From Clostridia bacterium (lineage in GTDB: Bacteria > Bacillota > Clostridia > UMGS1883): a DNA stretch of 31,746 nt. Below, piece after piece: positions 9,539 to 19,305 of the stretch (its first letter is position 1; each line of letters opens with the position of its first letter). The stretch is taken from positions 1-31,746 of the forward strand of contig JBJDXJ010000042.1 in the NCBI GenBank assembly GCA_051866635.1, read 5' to 3'. A model generated the notes under the pieces. The model was not told where the DNA came from. It searched no databases and worked only from the letters and a program-made list of their open reading frames with translations. The translations under genes were made by a program, and so were the position numbers.

Positions 9539-9850
9539 ATGGTTAAAGGATTTAAAATGAAGCTGTATCCTGATATGGAGGCAGAATACGAAAAAAGGCA
9601 CAACGAACTTTGGGACGAAATGAAGGACATGATTCATTCCCACGGCGGCAAAAACTACACCATATTTTTAGACAAAGAAACCCTGACCCTTTTTGGCTAT
9701 ATTGAAATCGAAAATGAAGAGTTGTGGGCAAAGGGTGCTGACACTGAAATCAACCGTAAATGGTGGGATTTCATGGCAGACATCATGGAAACAAACCCCG
9801 ACAATAGCCCCGTCAGCATAGATTTAAAGCCTGTCTTTCATTTAGATTAA
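9539..9850 (+). CDS. rhaM: L-rhamnose mutarotase
   Basis: EYEKRHNELW, NYTIFLD, KWWDFMADIMETNPDNSP, VFHLD; start at ATG after SD AAAAGGTGA. Confidence 0.92.
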   Translation: MVKGFKMKLYPDMEAEYEKRHNELWDEMKDMIHSHGGKNYTIFLDKETLTLFGYIEIENEELWAKGADTEINRKWWDFMADIMETNPDNSPVSIDLKPVFHLD

Positions 9851-9889
9851 GCTGTAAATCACCATACATTGCAAATCAATTTTTAAAAC

Positions 9890-9931
9890 AAGAAACACGA
9901 AACTCGCTTTTTGCAGGTTTCGTGTTTTTTT
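9890..9931. terminator. bidirectional terminator after rhaM (probably the original ssrA terminator)
   Basis: AAACACGAAAC...GTTTCGTGTTT hairpin with T-tract, directly abutting the tmRNA-end repeat. Confidence 0.75.
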
Positions 9932-10122
9932 GTGGAGGCGAAGTAGCCTACCAACATTTTTACCTTATTTGTAGTGTTTTATACGGATAAGCAGGTAAAA
10001 CTAAAACTATGAACTAACATACTTTCTCTTTTTACATTTTGAAAAGAATTTTAATGACCCGGAAAGCATTATAGTTTTTCGCAAAATAAAACCCCTTACC
10101 TCGTACAATAAGGATTTATAAT

Positions 10123-11138
10123 TTAAGGATCACGTCTACTGCAAGGAGAATAGCCGTTGGTTATCATTTCTTCACGAGTTGCTTCCATATATTTTTTGTT
10201 TCTTTCTTTCATCTCCCCTACACTACTACAGGAAGGATAGTGGAATTTCTTCGTATTCTTATTTGCCACATAGGACATAGTGTTTGAATTATCATTTACT
10301 TCTGTTTCTCCGTTATTCACTACGGGTGGAGTTACGGTTTCCTCCACAACAACTTCTATTGCTTCACTCATTCCCGTTGCATAATCAATCTGAACACCGG
10401 GTTGAACATTATAGCAAAACACACAGAAACAAATGCCGATCCCTTCATCTTCAACGGACATTACCTCAATAAGCACACCCGAAGCAATAAGGTTATTTCC
10501 TTCAAATACCGGAGTTACCCTATACAATACATGATTACCGGTTTCCTTTACATAGTCTGCAACCATATTTTCAAAAGGCAACATACCTTCAGTGTTTAAA
10601 TATCGTGTTCCCGTTATGAGATTTCTTATATTTGCATTCTCTCCTGAAAGCTGATAACCAATAAGATGGCAACGATTATACAAATACTTTCCATCAACAA
10701 AATCATATTTTACAGTTTGCCAGCCGGATGGCTTTACATAACCTATTTTTCCTCGCTCTTCGGTTGGCATAATATCAATTCCAATATTCTCATATGCAGT
10801 TCCACATCTGCCTAACGAATCAAGCGGTGCATATATTTCAAATGATTCTGTTACAAAATCACCGACAGCAAATATGGTACATCATTGTTAACCGAAACAT
10901 ATGCATTTCCGCTGTATGCGGGGATTGTTGTCATGTCCGCAACAGGATTTTCTGACTTTTGGTTAATTATACTTTCTGAGTATGGTTCTGTATTTTCTTC
11001 TGGGATAAATTCTGTAGCTATTTCCGTTTCAAATTCTACAGGTAATTCTTCAACCGGTTCTCCACCAAACAGAATCCCCATTAATCCCAAAAGTATGAAT
11101 ACTATTATTCCAAAAACAACGCAACCTTTTCGCTCCAT
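10123..11138 (-). pseudogene. membrane-anchored DNA/RNA non-specific endonuclease (EndA/NucA-like) with C-terminal Ada-type Zn-binding domain, frameshifted
   Basis: Adding one T at ~10871 joins 10851..11138 with 10123..10770 via ...NNDVPYFAVGDFVTESFEIYAPLDSLGRCGTAYENIGIDIMPTEERG; active site YNRCHLIG; C-terminal KFHYPSC...GYSPCSRR. Confidence 0.85.
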
Positions 11139-11276
11139 CTTACATATACCTCCCTTGCGTAATCAAGTCTACCATAAAGTTTCTATGTTTTCAATGGTAG
11201 TATTTACTTCATTTCTTAATAACTGCAAAACAACTCACTGTGGGAGTATAATTGTGTCAAGAAAGATGGTGATAAT

Positions 11277-11579
11277 GTGGACATCAATAAAAGGCTTGAA
11301 TATATTTTGAACAAATACGGGTGGACAAAATACAAACTTTCCAAGGAAAGCAATCTTCCCGAATCCACACTGTCAAATATATTCCATCGTGGTACTACAC
11401 CAACACTTGCCACTCTTGAAGTAATATGCAAGACGCTCGGCATTACCCTTGCTGAGTTCTTTTCTGACAACGAGTGCGTTGAAATGACACCCGAACTAAA
11501 AGAATTTTATGAGGACTGGATATGTTTATCTCCCGAAAAGAAAGCATATCTACTACAAACAATGAAATATATAAAATAG
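11277..11579 (+). CDS. XRE-family HTH transcriptional regulator
   Basis: GWTKYKLSKESNLPESTLSNIF...PTLATLEVICKTLGITLAEFF. Confidence 0.88.
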   Translation: MDINKRLEYILNKYGWTKYKLSKESNLPESTLSNIFHRGTTPTLATLEVICKTLGITLAEFFSDNECVEMTPELKEFYEDWICLSPEKKAYLLQTMKYIK

Positions 11580-11581
11580 CA

Positions 11582-11625
11582 AAACCGCCGAGGCATATAC
11601 CAGTATGCTCTTCGGCGGCTCTTTT
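11582..11625. terminator. terminator between convergent Xre and RES genes
   Basis: CCGCCGAGGCATA...TATGCTCTTCGGCGG imperfect hairpin followed by T-rich tract. Confidence 0.65.
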
Positions 11626-11758
11626 ATTCTTCGCTTGATACAAAATTATAGTTTTCTAATTGTTTATGAAGATATTCACGATATGTCATAGTTTTAATGT
11701 GTTCCCATTTTATAACATCCTTATAGTTCAACAAAAGATGTCTATCACTCTACTAAAA

Positions 11759-12627
11759 TTACGATATTATATAGTCTTCTATTGCCCCCTCCGGACAAGC
11801 CATGTGCTTATCGAACAATACAATATTCTTTCCCTCTGGGCATACTGTGCTGCCATAAACAATCCCAGAATAGCCTAATGAGATATAGTATTGAGCCATA
11901 GTTTGAAATGGCGCATATGTAATCGCCTTGTTATCAGACACATCAAGTGGCACAAAAATTTGCTCTGACAACAACTTAGCATAAGTATATACCGCCCAAC
12001 GAGTAAGAAGTTCTCCAAACTCTTTTTCGTCAGTACGCATTTCTGGAACATACCCTAATGCTTTTGCAATTTTTATTCCTTTTTTTACTTGTTCCTGTCT
12101 ATATTCCTCTAAAGAAAGATTCAATTCCGTATAAGAAATATCATCAGCAATGGTTAAGTCAACTAATTTGCAGTCATCATATTGGGGTTCAAATTGAAAA
12201 TGACAAAAACCAAATCTGTCTCCTTTTTTAGCTCGGCATTCAGACTGCGCACATTCATGAATTGACCATTCTTCTCCAATAGCCAAATAAAGCCACTCGA
12301 CTTTAGGGGGACTAAAACGATTGTTTTCCTTAATGAATTCCTCTTTAGGAAGGAAACGTTCAAAATTAGGGACTTCATCACTATTCAGTATAGTGCCTCT
12401 TCCTACCAATTGGTTTTTAACTTTTTTATTGTAACCGTTTTGTGGTCGATACCTGAGTGTTGATGAAACAAATCATCATATACCTTTAGGAAAGTTTGTT
12501 CCTTTGCCTTTTCGACCTCATTATAAGCAAATAGACCATTCGCCAAACATTCTCTGAATTCATCCCATGTTTTTCTAAAGATATTCTCACTATTTTCTCT
12601 GCCACTAAAATCAAACATATGTCCCAT
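11759..12627 (-). pseudogene. RES-domain protein split by a -1 frameshift (ORFs 12403..12627 and 11759..12409)
   Basis: RES-type residues GRGT, AQSECRA, GYSGIVYGSTV...NIVLF; the frames join at A-AAA-AAG (12421-12427), giving ~289 aa. Confidence 0.7.
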
Positions 12628-12910
12628 AAATTAACAGCCCCTAATTCATCAGTATATCAATCTTTATTTTAGAATAGCACGATTTTCGCGTTTTGAAAAG
12701 AATTTTGTCGCATTTTTGTTCCGCAAACACAATTTTAACAATTACCCTCAAATTCGACGATTACCCTTAAATTTAACGATTACTTGCTGCTTTTATCATT
12801 TTTTACATCCTTTGCCTCAAAAATTTCTATTGTGCACAAAATTTTTCCTCCCCCAAACAACCAATCACAGCAATAAATCCCCTATTTTAAGGCTTTTTCA
12901 AGCAAAATAA

Positions 12911-12943
12911 AAGACCTACTATTCTATCAAAATAGTAAGTCTT
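12911..12943 (-). terminator. hairpin downstream of tmRNA
   Basis: AAGAC-TACTATT...AATAGTA-GTCTT imperfect inverted repeat followed by T-rich tract on the minus strand. Confidence 0.6.
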
Positions 12944-12946
12944 AGG

Positions 12947-13289
12947 TGGTGGAGGCGAGGGGAGTTGAACCCCTGTCCGAAAACCCATCCAACTGCTCTC
13001 TCCGGGCGCAGTCAACATATTAACATTCCCTCCGCATGACGGCTATTGACGGCCTTCATGCTTTAGTAGCTTCATTTGTCATGTACGGTGCAAAGCTTAA
13101 CCGTATCACGTTCACCGCTGGTCGACGCCCTTTATAAAGCCGCGGTACTCTTTACAAGGACGGCCGCCTGATTAGGCAGCGTAAGCTAAATTATCGTTAG
13201 CGTTTAATTTTAAAAGTCAAAGTTTAAAGAGTCTTCCCCTCTGCCCGCTCTTCAGTTTTCAAAATCCCCGTCGAAGCCGTTACGCCCCC
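12947..13289 (-). ncRNA. ssrA: tmRNA
   Basis: 5' GGGGGCGTAACGGCTTCGAC, 3' GGGTTCAACTCCCCTCGCCTCCACCA, G3-U acceptor stem, tag reading frame ANDNLAYAA*; adjacent to smpB. Confidence 0.97.
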
Positions 13290-13378
13290 ATATAAGCGGC
13301 GATAAACGCCGCAAGCAATAGGTAATAGGGAATAGTGAACAAGTCACCTGTTTATATTAGCACACTATTTTCTAAAAA

Positions 13379-13843
13379 TCAATATGCATTTCTTTCCTTT
13401 AAAGCTCTGTCAATATCTCTCTTTGCACTGCGTTTTGCCGCATCTTCACGTTTGTCGTAAAGCTTTTTACCTCTTGCAACAGCAATATCCATTTTAACAT
13501 ACTGCCCGCTCAAATGCATATCAAGAGGAATTATTGTAAAACCGTCCTGCTTTACTTTACCCAAAAGCCGCATAATCTCTCTTTTGTGCAAAAGAAGTTT
13601 TCTTACCCTTAAGGGGTCACGATTGAATATATTCCCCTTTTCATAAGGCGATATGTGCATCCCGTGGATAAACATTTCCCCATTGTCAATTTCGCAGTAG
13701 CTTTCTTTAAGATTTGCCTTTCCTTGACGGACGCTTTTTACCTCTGTTCCGAACAGTTCTATTCCTGCTTCTATTGTTTCCTCTATGAAGTACTCGTGTC
13801 TTGCGGTTCTGTTCAGTGCCAGTTGTTTTTTGTTTTTCTCCAT
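13379..13843 (-). CDS. smpB: SsrA-binding protein SmpB
   Basis: [34 protein letters not shown]; SD GGAGGG. Confidence 0.97.
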   Translation of the reverse strand: MEKNKKQLALNRTARHEYFIEETIEAGIELFGTEVKSVRQGKANLKESYCEIDNGEMFIHGMHISPYEKGNIFNRDPLRVRKLLLHKREIMRLLGKVKQDGFTIIPLDMHLSGQYVKMDIAVARGKKLYDKREDAAKRSAKRDIDRALKERNAY

Positions 13844-15938
13844 AATCCATACCCTCCGGCATAAAATCTATCTGTCCCTGGGCTTCGTTTACACCCACCA
13901 CAGTAATTCTTATTTCTTCACCAAGCCGGTATGACTTTTTTGTCCCCCGTATGGTCAATGATTTTTCATCGTATTCAAATCTGTCCCCTGTCATATTTTC
14001 AATACGGACAAGGCCTTCCACAGTGTTAGGAAGCATAACAAAGAACCCAAAACTTGTAACAGAAGATATGACCCCGTCAAATTCTTCTCCGATATGCTTT
14101 TTCATCCACTGTGCCTTTTTAATATCGTTAACATCTCTTTCACAGCGTTCTGCACTTATCTCCCGTTCACTGCTGATAAGTGCCGCTTCCTTATTTGTGG
14201 ATTTTATATATTTTATAGTTTTTCCATCCTGCTCAATGGCAGCTTTCAAACTGCGGTGGAACATAAGGTCGGGATAACGTCTTATAGGTGAAGTGAAATG
14301 TGTATAGTACCCCAATGCCAACCCGTAATGACCTAAGTTTTCGTTTAAATACTTTGCTTTTTGCATACTGCGGAGTGCTACCTGGGATACAATAAAAAAC
14401 TCTTTCCTGTCCTTTATACTTTCCAAAAAAGCCTGCAGTTTCAAAGGTGTCAGCTCACCTGTAGGAGGATTAATTCCTAATGTAAGCACAAAGTTTTTAA
14501 AACTTTCAAGTTTATCGCCGTCAGGTGCTTCATGGACACGGTATATAGATGGCAGATTGCTCTTTACCATATGTTCAGCTACGGTGGAATTTGTAATTAC
14601 CATGAATTCCTCTATCATCATGTGAGCCATGTTCCGCTCCCGAAGAACTATGTCACTTACTTCCCCGTTGTCATCAACCACAATCTTCGCTTCCGGCATA
14701 TCAAAATCCACGTTTCCACGCCTTTTTGATGCTTCCTTCAACACGAAAAAAAGCTTTTTCATTTCATATATAGATGGGATAAGCGAACAATATTCCTCTG
14801 TTAATACTTCATCCGCATCTTCGTTCATTATTGCAAACACATCATCGTATGTTGCCTTTTTACACGACTTGATAACACTTTTTGCAAAAGAATAACTTAC
14901 AACTTGCCCCTTTTTATTAATATCCATAAATACGCTCATGGCGTTACGAAGCACGCCTTCATTAAGAGAGCATATACCGTTAGATAATTTGGGAGGTAAC
15001 ATCGGTATAACCCTATCGGCAAGGTATACGCTTGTACCGCGTTTTAATGCTTCCTTATCCAGTGCACTGCCTATCTTCACATAATTTGAAACATCTGCAA
15101 TATGCACGCCTAAACGCCACAAGTCACCCACTTTTTCAACAGAAACTGCATCGTCAATGTCTTTAGTGTCTATGCCGTCAATGGTAAAGATAATTTTATC
15201 TGTCAAATCAAGTCTACCCGGTTCAATTTCCGAAACTTCATCGGGAATGTTTTCAATTTCCCGTAACACATCTTCCGGAAAAGGAATTTCAAAACCGTAA
15301 TTATATACAACACTTAAAACATCAACACCGAAATCCTCGGGAAAGCCCAGAATTTCTATAACCTTTGCCACCGCATAGTAATCCGAAGAAGGATATCTTT
15401 CAATTTCGCACAAAACCTTTTGATTGTTAAGGGCACCTAAGCTGTCCTCCTGCGTCACCATAAAAAGCGAACCTATCCGTGCATTGTCTGCTTTGACAGT
15501 GCCATAGTATTTGTCCTGTTTATAAGTTCCCACAAAGCGAAGTGTATTTCTTTTTATAATTTTTACAACCTCGCACTCGCCGCTTTTTCCGTCTTTACCT
15601 TTACCCACAGGGCGAATAAGTACCCTGTCTCCATCAATTGCACCCTTTGTTTTATCGGGAGGAATAAATAAATCTTCCCCATTTTCCATACGGGCAAAGC
15701 CATACTCCTTGCCGCTTCCGGCAAATTCCGTTACGATATATCCGCCTTTCTTACAGGAAACATACTTTCGCTTTTTTGTCAGAATAACAACTCCATCGCT
15801 TTCAAGCTCATCAAGTATCTTTAAAAGCTGAGGCTTATCCTCTTTAGGTACGGCAAGAACATGCGAAATATCATCCATTGTCATAGGAACATATAATTCA
15901 CTTTCAATAAACGATGCTAATTTTTCTTTCCTGTCCAT
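13707..15938 (-). CDS. rnr: ribonuclease R
   Basis: [31 protein letters not shown]1 domain, K/R-rich tail; secG-rnr-smpB synteny. Confidence 0.95.
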   Translation of the reverse strand: MDRKEKLASFIESELYVPMTMDDISHVLAVPKEDKPQLLKILDELESDGVVILTKKRKYVSCKKGGYIVTEFAGSGKEYGFARMENGEDLFIPPDKTKGAIDGDRVLIRPVGKGKDGKSGECEVVKIIKRNTLRFVGTYKQDKYYGTVKADNARIGSLFMVTQEDSLGALNNQKVLCEIERYPSSDYYAVAKVIEILGFPEDFGVDVLSVVYNYGFEIPFPEDVLREIENIPDEVSEIEPGRLDLTDKIIFTIDGIDTKDIDDAVSVEKVGDLWRLGVHIADVSNYVKIGSALDKEALKRGTSVYLADRVIPMLPPKLSNGICSLNEGVLRNAMSVFMDINKKGQVVSYSFAKSVIKSCKKATYDDVFAIMNEDADEVLTEEYCSLIPSIYEMKKLFFVLKEASKRRGNVDFDMPEAKIVVDDNGEVSDIVLRERNMAHMMIEEFMVITNSTVAEHMVKSNLPSIYRVHEAPDGDKLESFKNFVLTLGINPPTGELTPLKLQAFLESIKDRKEFFIVSQVALRSMQKAKYLNENLGHYGLALGYYTHFTSPIRRYPDLMFHRSLKAAIEQDGKTIKYIKSTNKEAALISSEREISAERCERDVNDIKKAQWMKKHIGEEFDGVISSVTSFGFFVMLPNTVEGLVRIENMTGDRFEYDEKSLTIRGTKKSYRLGEEIRITVVGVNEAQGQIDFMPEGMDYGEKQKTTGTEQNRKTRVLHRGNNRSRNRTVRNRGKKRPSRKGKS

Positions 15939-15964
15939 TGTAACCTCTCACTGATATGTTATGA

Positions 15965-15997
15965 AAAGAAAAGCACCTCCATAATACGGAGGTGCCT
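15965..15997 (-). terminator. terminator after secG
   Basis: GGCACCTCC-GTATTAT-GGAGGTGCT plus TTTCTTTT. Confidence 0.75.
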
Positions 15998-16010
15998 TAT
16001 AATTGCATAA

Positions 16011-16241
16011 TTATTTTACAAAAATAAACATAACTATGGAAAGAACCACGAAAAGTACTGCTACAATAGCTGTAAGCTTTTCAAGCATTACTTCCTTAGT
16101 TGCACCCTTGTTCTTTGAGAAGAAGGAACCGGAACCACCCATAATTGCACTTTCTCTGGGGTCCTTACCCTGCTGCAGAAGAACAACGCCCGTAAGAACT
16201 GCAGCCACTATAATATAGATTATTGCTAAAGCTATTTTCAT
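16011..16241 (-). CDS. secG: preprotein translocase subunit SecG
   Basis: Two TM helices, VLLQQGK...GGSGSFF...LEKLT. Confidence 0.93.
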   Translation of the reverse strand: MKIALAIIYIIVAAVLTGVVLLQQGKDPRESAIMGGSGSFFSKNKGATKEVMLEKLTAIVAVLFVVLSIVMFIFVK

Positions 16242-16285
16242 TTATACACACCGCCTTTATATTTTTACTCATAATCAACAAGTGG

Positions 16286-16314
16286 ATTATAGCACACTTT
16301 TTTATAACTTGCAA
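16286..16314 (-). promoter_or_regulatory. sigma-A promoter of secG
   Basis: TTGCAA-17 nt-TATAAT with extended -10 TG. Confidence 0.75.
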
Positions 16315-16366
16315 GAACTTTTTTCATTATTTACAATTTTATCATAATAATCGGGAAAATTCCTTT

Positions 16367-17986
16367 TTATATGATATGACTTAATTTAATTATCTTATTT
16401 CCCATGGGAAGCTGTTTTAAATCCTCGTCCGAAAATACCTTCATCACAACAAATACCATAATAAAATATACTAAAACTCCCGAAACAATGGATAACATTG
16501 TAGCCGGGGTATTTCCGATTACAGAAGCCGAAAGTGAAACTGCCCATACAGTAACACCCATAACAGCCGCAGAAACAAAAGGCTTCACAAAATACTTTAC
16601 CTTATCAAGCTTAACATCAAGGTTTTTACGCACTACAGTATATGTGATAATACATCCTGCCGCCTGACAGACAACACTGCCTATAGGTGCACCGTAAATG
16701 TTTATTTGGGGTATAGGTATAAGAACAAGGTTAATAATAAGTTTTAACACACCGCCTACCAGAAGGGCCGTTGCAGGCACAAACACCTTTCCCATTCCTT
16801 GCAGACTTCCCGAATTTGTCTGTGTAATTGCACTGAAAAAGATTGTTATTGCACTTATAGCAAAAAGTATGCCTCCCTCAGGTGCGTTGGGATAAAGCAT
16901 CATAAATATCTCGTCTGATAATACAATACATCCCACCGTTGCGGGAAGTGCAATAATAATTGACACCAGAAGCGAAAAGCTTACCTTATTAACGGCAGTT
17001 TTTTTGTCTCCTACTGCCAACGCCCCCGCAACTGTTGGTACAAGCACAGTTGAAAAAGCAATATTTAATGCCAAAGGCAGATTTATGATAACATCTCCCT
17101 TGCTAAGCATACCTGAAAGACGCATTGCTTCAGCATTTAAAAGCTCCGCATTTTGTATCACGCCCGAAAAAGCAGTTTTAAGTCCCCTTACAACGGTAAT
17201 CAGGTCCACAACTCTGTTTAAACTTGAAACTATTGAACCTAAGGAAATTGGTATAGACACATAAAGTATGCCCTTTGCAATCTTTCCGAAGCTTTGTCTT
17301 ATAAGAGGCTTTGAATCCTTCAGCCTTTCACGTATATCAGCCTTGTTTGCCTTATAAAATCCTGCAAGATACAACAGTGAAAGGAATGTTGACAGCGTTG
17401 TTGCAATAGTTGCACCTGCCGCCATAAATTCAGGTGCACTTCCTGAAATAGACATAACAATAACAATTGTTGACACGCATTTAATAAGCTGTTCTAAAAC
17501 CTGGCTTGTACTTGTTGCTTTCATGTTCTTCATGCCCTGGAAAAAGCCACGCACAACGCTTGATACCGACACGAAGAAAATTGCAGGTGACAGAGCTCTT
17601 AAGGTGTATACAACCCCCGGCATAGCACAAACCACATTTGCGATAAATGGGGCAAATACGTAAAGACCCACCGACAAGACCGCACCTATACAGGCAAAAA
17701 GCACCAATGCACATCTGAAAATACGATATGCCGCCTTAAAGTCATCGGTTGCACATTTTTCACTTACCAATTTGGCAATAGCATTTGGAATACCAACAGA
17801 GGATATTGCCAGAAGAAGTGTATATATCTGATACCCATAATTGTAATATCCGTTGCCCACATCGCCAAAGCCATCCACATTTGTAATAACAATGCGGTAT
17901 AAAAAGCCCAATATTTTTATAAGCACCTGGGAGCACATAACCGTTACTACCATGCGCATAAATGACTGTGTTTTATTTTTCCCCAT
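16367..17986 (-). CDS. polysaccharide biosynthesis/MOP-family flippase (MurJ/SpoVB/YabM-like)
   Basis: KILGFLYRI, ISSVGIPNAIAKLVSE, RGFFQG...TSQVLEQ, many TM segments; start moved to MGKNK after SD AAGGA. Confidence 0.85.
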   Translation of the reverse strand: MGKNKTQSFMRMVVTVMCSQVLIKILGFLYRIVITNVDGFGDVGNGYYNYGYQIYTLLLAISSVGIPNAIAKLVSEKCATDDFKAAYRIFRCALVLFACIGAVLSVGLYVFAPFIANVVCAMPGVVYTLRALSPAIFFVSVSSVVRGFFQGMKNMKATSTSQVLEQLIKCVSTIVIVMSISGSAPEFMAAGATIATTLSTFLSLLYLAGFYKANKADIRERLKDSKPLIRQSFGKIAKGILYVSIPISLGSIVSSLNRVVDLITVVRGLKTAFSGVIQNAELLNAEAMRLSGMLSKGDVIINLPLALNIAFSTVLVPTVAGALAVGDKKTAVNKVSFSLLVSIIIALPATVGCIVLSDEIFMMLYPNAPEGGILFAISAITIFFSAITQTNSGSLQGMGKVFVPATALLVGGVLKLIINLVLIPIPQINIYGAPIGSVVCQAAGCIITYTVVRKNLDVKLDKVKYFVKPFVSAAVMGVTVWAVSLSASVIGNTPATMLSIVSGVLVYFIMVFVVMKVFSDEDLKQLPMGNKIIKLSHII

Positions 17987-18129
17987 TTCTTCACATCCTT
18001 TGCGAACTATTATATTCCTATTCATGTAAATAATCAACATAAATAATTTCGCAATTCACACATTGTTTACAAAATGTAAATAGGTGGTAAAATATTTATA
18101 TTTATATTAGCATTAAAGGATGTGACACA

Positions 18130-18495
18130 ATGAAGCAAAAAATAAAGAATTTCATGTACGGACGGTACGGTATGGACCTGTTAAATGTCTGTCTTTTGGT
18201 CTTATGCCTTATTTTTATGTTACTTTCAACATTTTTCTCGCCTTTTTCATCTTTGGCGTTAGTATGTATTTGTTATGCACTTTTCCGTTATTTTTCACGC
18301 AACATTTACGCACGGCGTGCAGAAAACAACAAGGTATTGCCTTATATTTCCTTTGTGAAAGCAAAGTTTCAGAACAGGAAAACGCATAAGGTATTTCTTT
18401 GTCCGATTTGCAAAAGAACACTCCGTGTTCCCAAAGGCAAAGGTAACATTACTCTTTCCTGTCCTTGCGGTAATTCAATCAAGGGGAAAAGCTGA
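18130..18495 (+). CDS. membrane protein with C-terminal Zn-ribbon
   Basis: FMYGRYGMD, 2 TM segments, CPIC...LRVPKGKG...CPC; SD AAAGGA. Confidence 0.8.
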   Translation: MKQKIKNFMYGRYGMDLLNVCLLVLCLIFMLLSTFFSPFSSLALVCICYALFRYFSRNIYARRAENNKVLPYISFVKAKFQNRKTHKVFLCPICKRTLRVPKGKGNITLSCPCGNSIKGKS

Positions 18496-19304
18496 TGTAC
18501 GGTCACGTTGTTTGCAATAAGCCTGAGCTTAAATTTAAAGAATATGACATATACCATTCCTACTATTGCGGTCTTTGTCGTGGTATGAAAGAGGAAACAG
18601 GCTTATTGTCTTCGTTCTCTCTGAGTTTTGACATGACATTTTTATCTCTTTTGCTAAATTCCCTCTATGAGCCTGAAACAACAACAGAAAAAAGGCGTTG
18701 TATTTGTCATATGTGCCACAGTCACCTTGAATCAGCGGATGAATATACACCATATGTTGCATTAATGAGTACACTTCTGTCTTATTACAAATGTGTGGAT
18801 GATTTTAAAGACGATAAAAATATTTTAAAATTTATTTGTTCCCTTTATCTTAATCCAAAGGCTAGTAAGACTGAAAAGCTGTACCCTGAAAAGTGCAATA
18901 AAATCAAGGGCTATCTTTTCACTCTTTCCGAGAAGGAAAACACCGCTTCTCTTGAGGAATGTGCAAACCTTTTCGGCAATATTTTAGGCGAGGTTTTTAC
19001 TCCCCTTGACGATATGTGGAAAGATGCTTTATATTCCATGGGCTTTTATTTGGGTAAATTCGTCTACATTGCCGATGCGGCTTTGGATTTGGAGGATGAT
19101 ATAAAGAAAAATCGTCCCAATCCATTAAAGGATTTTCCATGTACTGATATTTATAAAGAATGTGAAATTTTACTGAATATGATGGCAAGTGAAGTGGCAA
19201 ACGAATTTGAAAAGCTGCCCATCATTAAAAATGCTGAAATACTCAGAAATATTATATACAGCGGAATTTGGACAAAATACAATTCCGCCTTTAAAGGAGC
19301 ATAA
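18495..19304 (+). CDS. DUF5685-like protein
   Basis: MYGHV...[29 protein letters not shown]...[11 protein letters not shown]; TGATG coupling to the upstream gene. Confidence 0.8.
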   Translation: MYGHVVCNKPELKFKEYDIYHSYYCGLCRGMKEETGLLSSFSLSFDMTFLSLLLNSLYEPETTTEKRRCICHMCHSHLESADEYTPYVALMSTLLSYYKCVDDFKDDKNILKFICSLYLNPKASKTEKLYPEKCNKIKGYLFTLSEKENTASLEECANLFGNILGEVFTPLDDMWKDALYSMGFYLGKFVYIADAALDLEDDIKKNRPNPLKDFPCTDIYKECEILLNMMASEVANEFEKLPIIKNAEILRNIIYSGIWTKYNSAFKGA

Positions 19305-19305
19305 T

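Larger units (their letters stand above)
9932..12958. mobile_element. degenerate genomic islet integrated at the tmRNA 3' end
   Basis: GTGGAGGCGA at 9932-9941 repeats the tmRNA 3' end at 12949-12958; cargo is a broken nuclease, Xre and a split RES gene; no integrase. Confidence 0.65.

Noticed and set aside
11277-12627. Xre-RES as a canonical toxin-antitoxin pair
   Set aside because: The genes are convergent and the Xre looks like a generic HTH regulator, not an upstream co-transcribed MbcA/ParS-type antitoxin
12716-12910. 64-aa plus-strand ORF near tmRNA
   Set aside because: TTG start, no SD, low-complexity AT-rich sequence
12947-12990. tRNA-like sequence
   Set aside because: It is the 3' tRNA-like domain of tmRNA, not a separate tRNA
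19189-19305. N-terminal extension of the J-domain ORF
   Set aside because: Overlaps DUF5685; the SD and J-domain start support ATG at 19306
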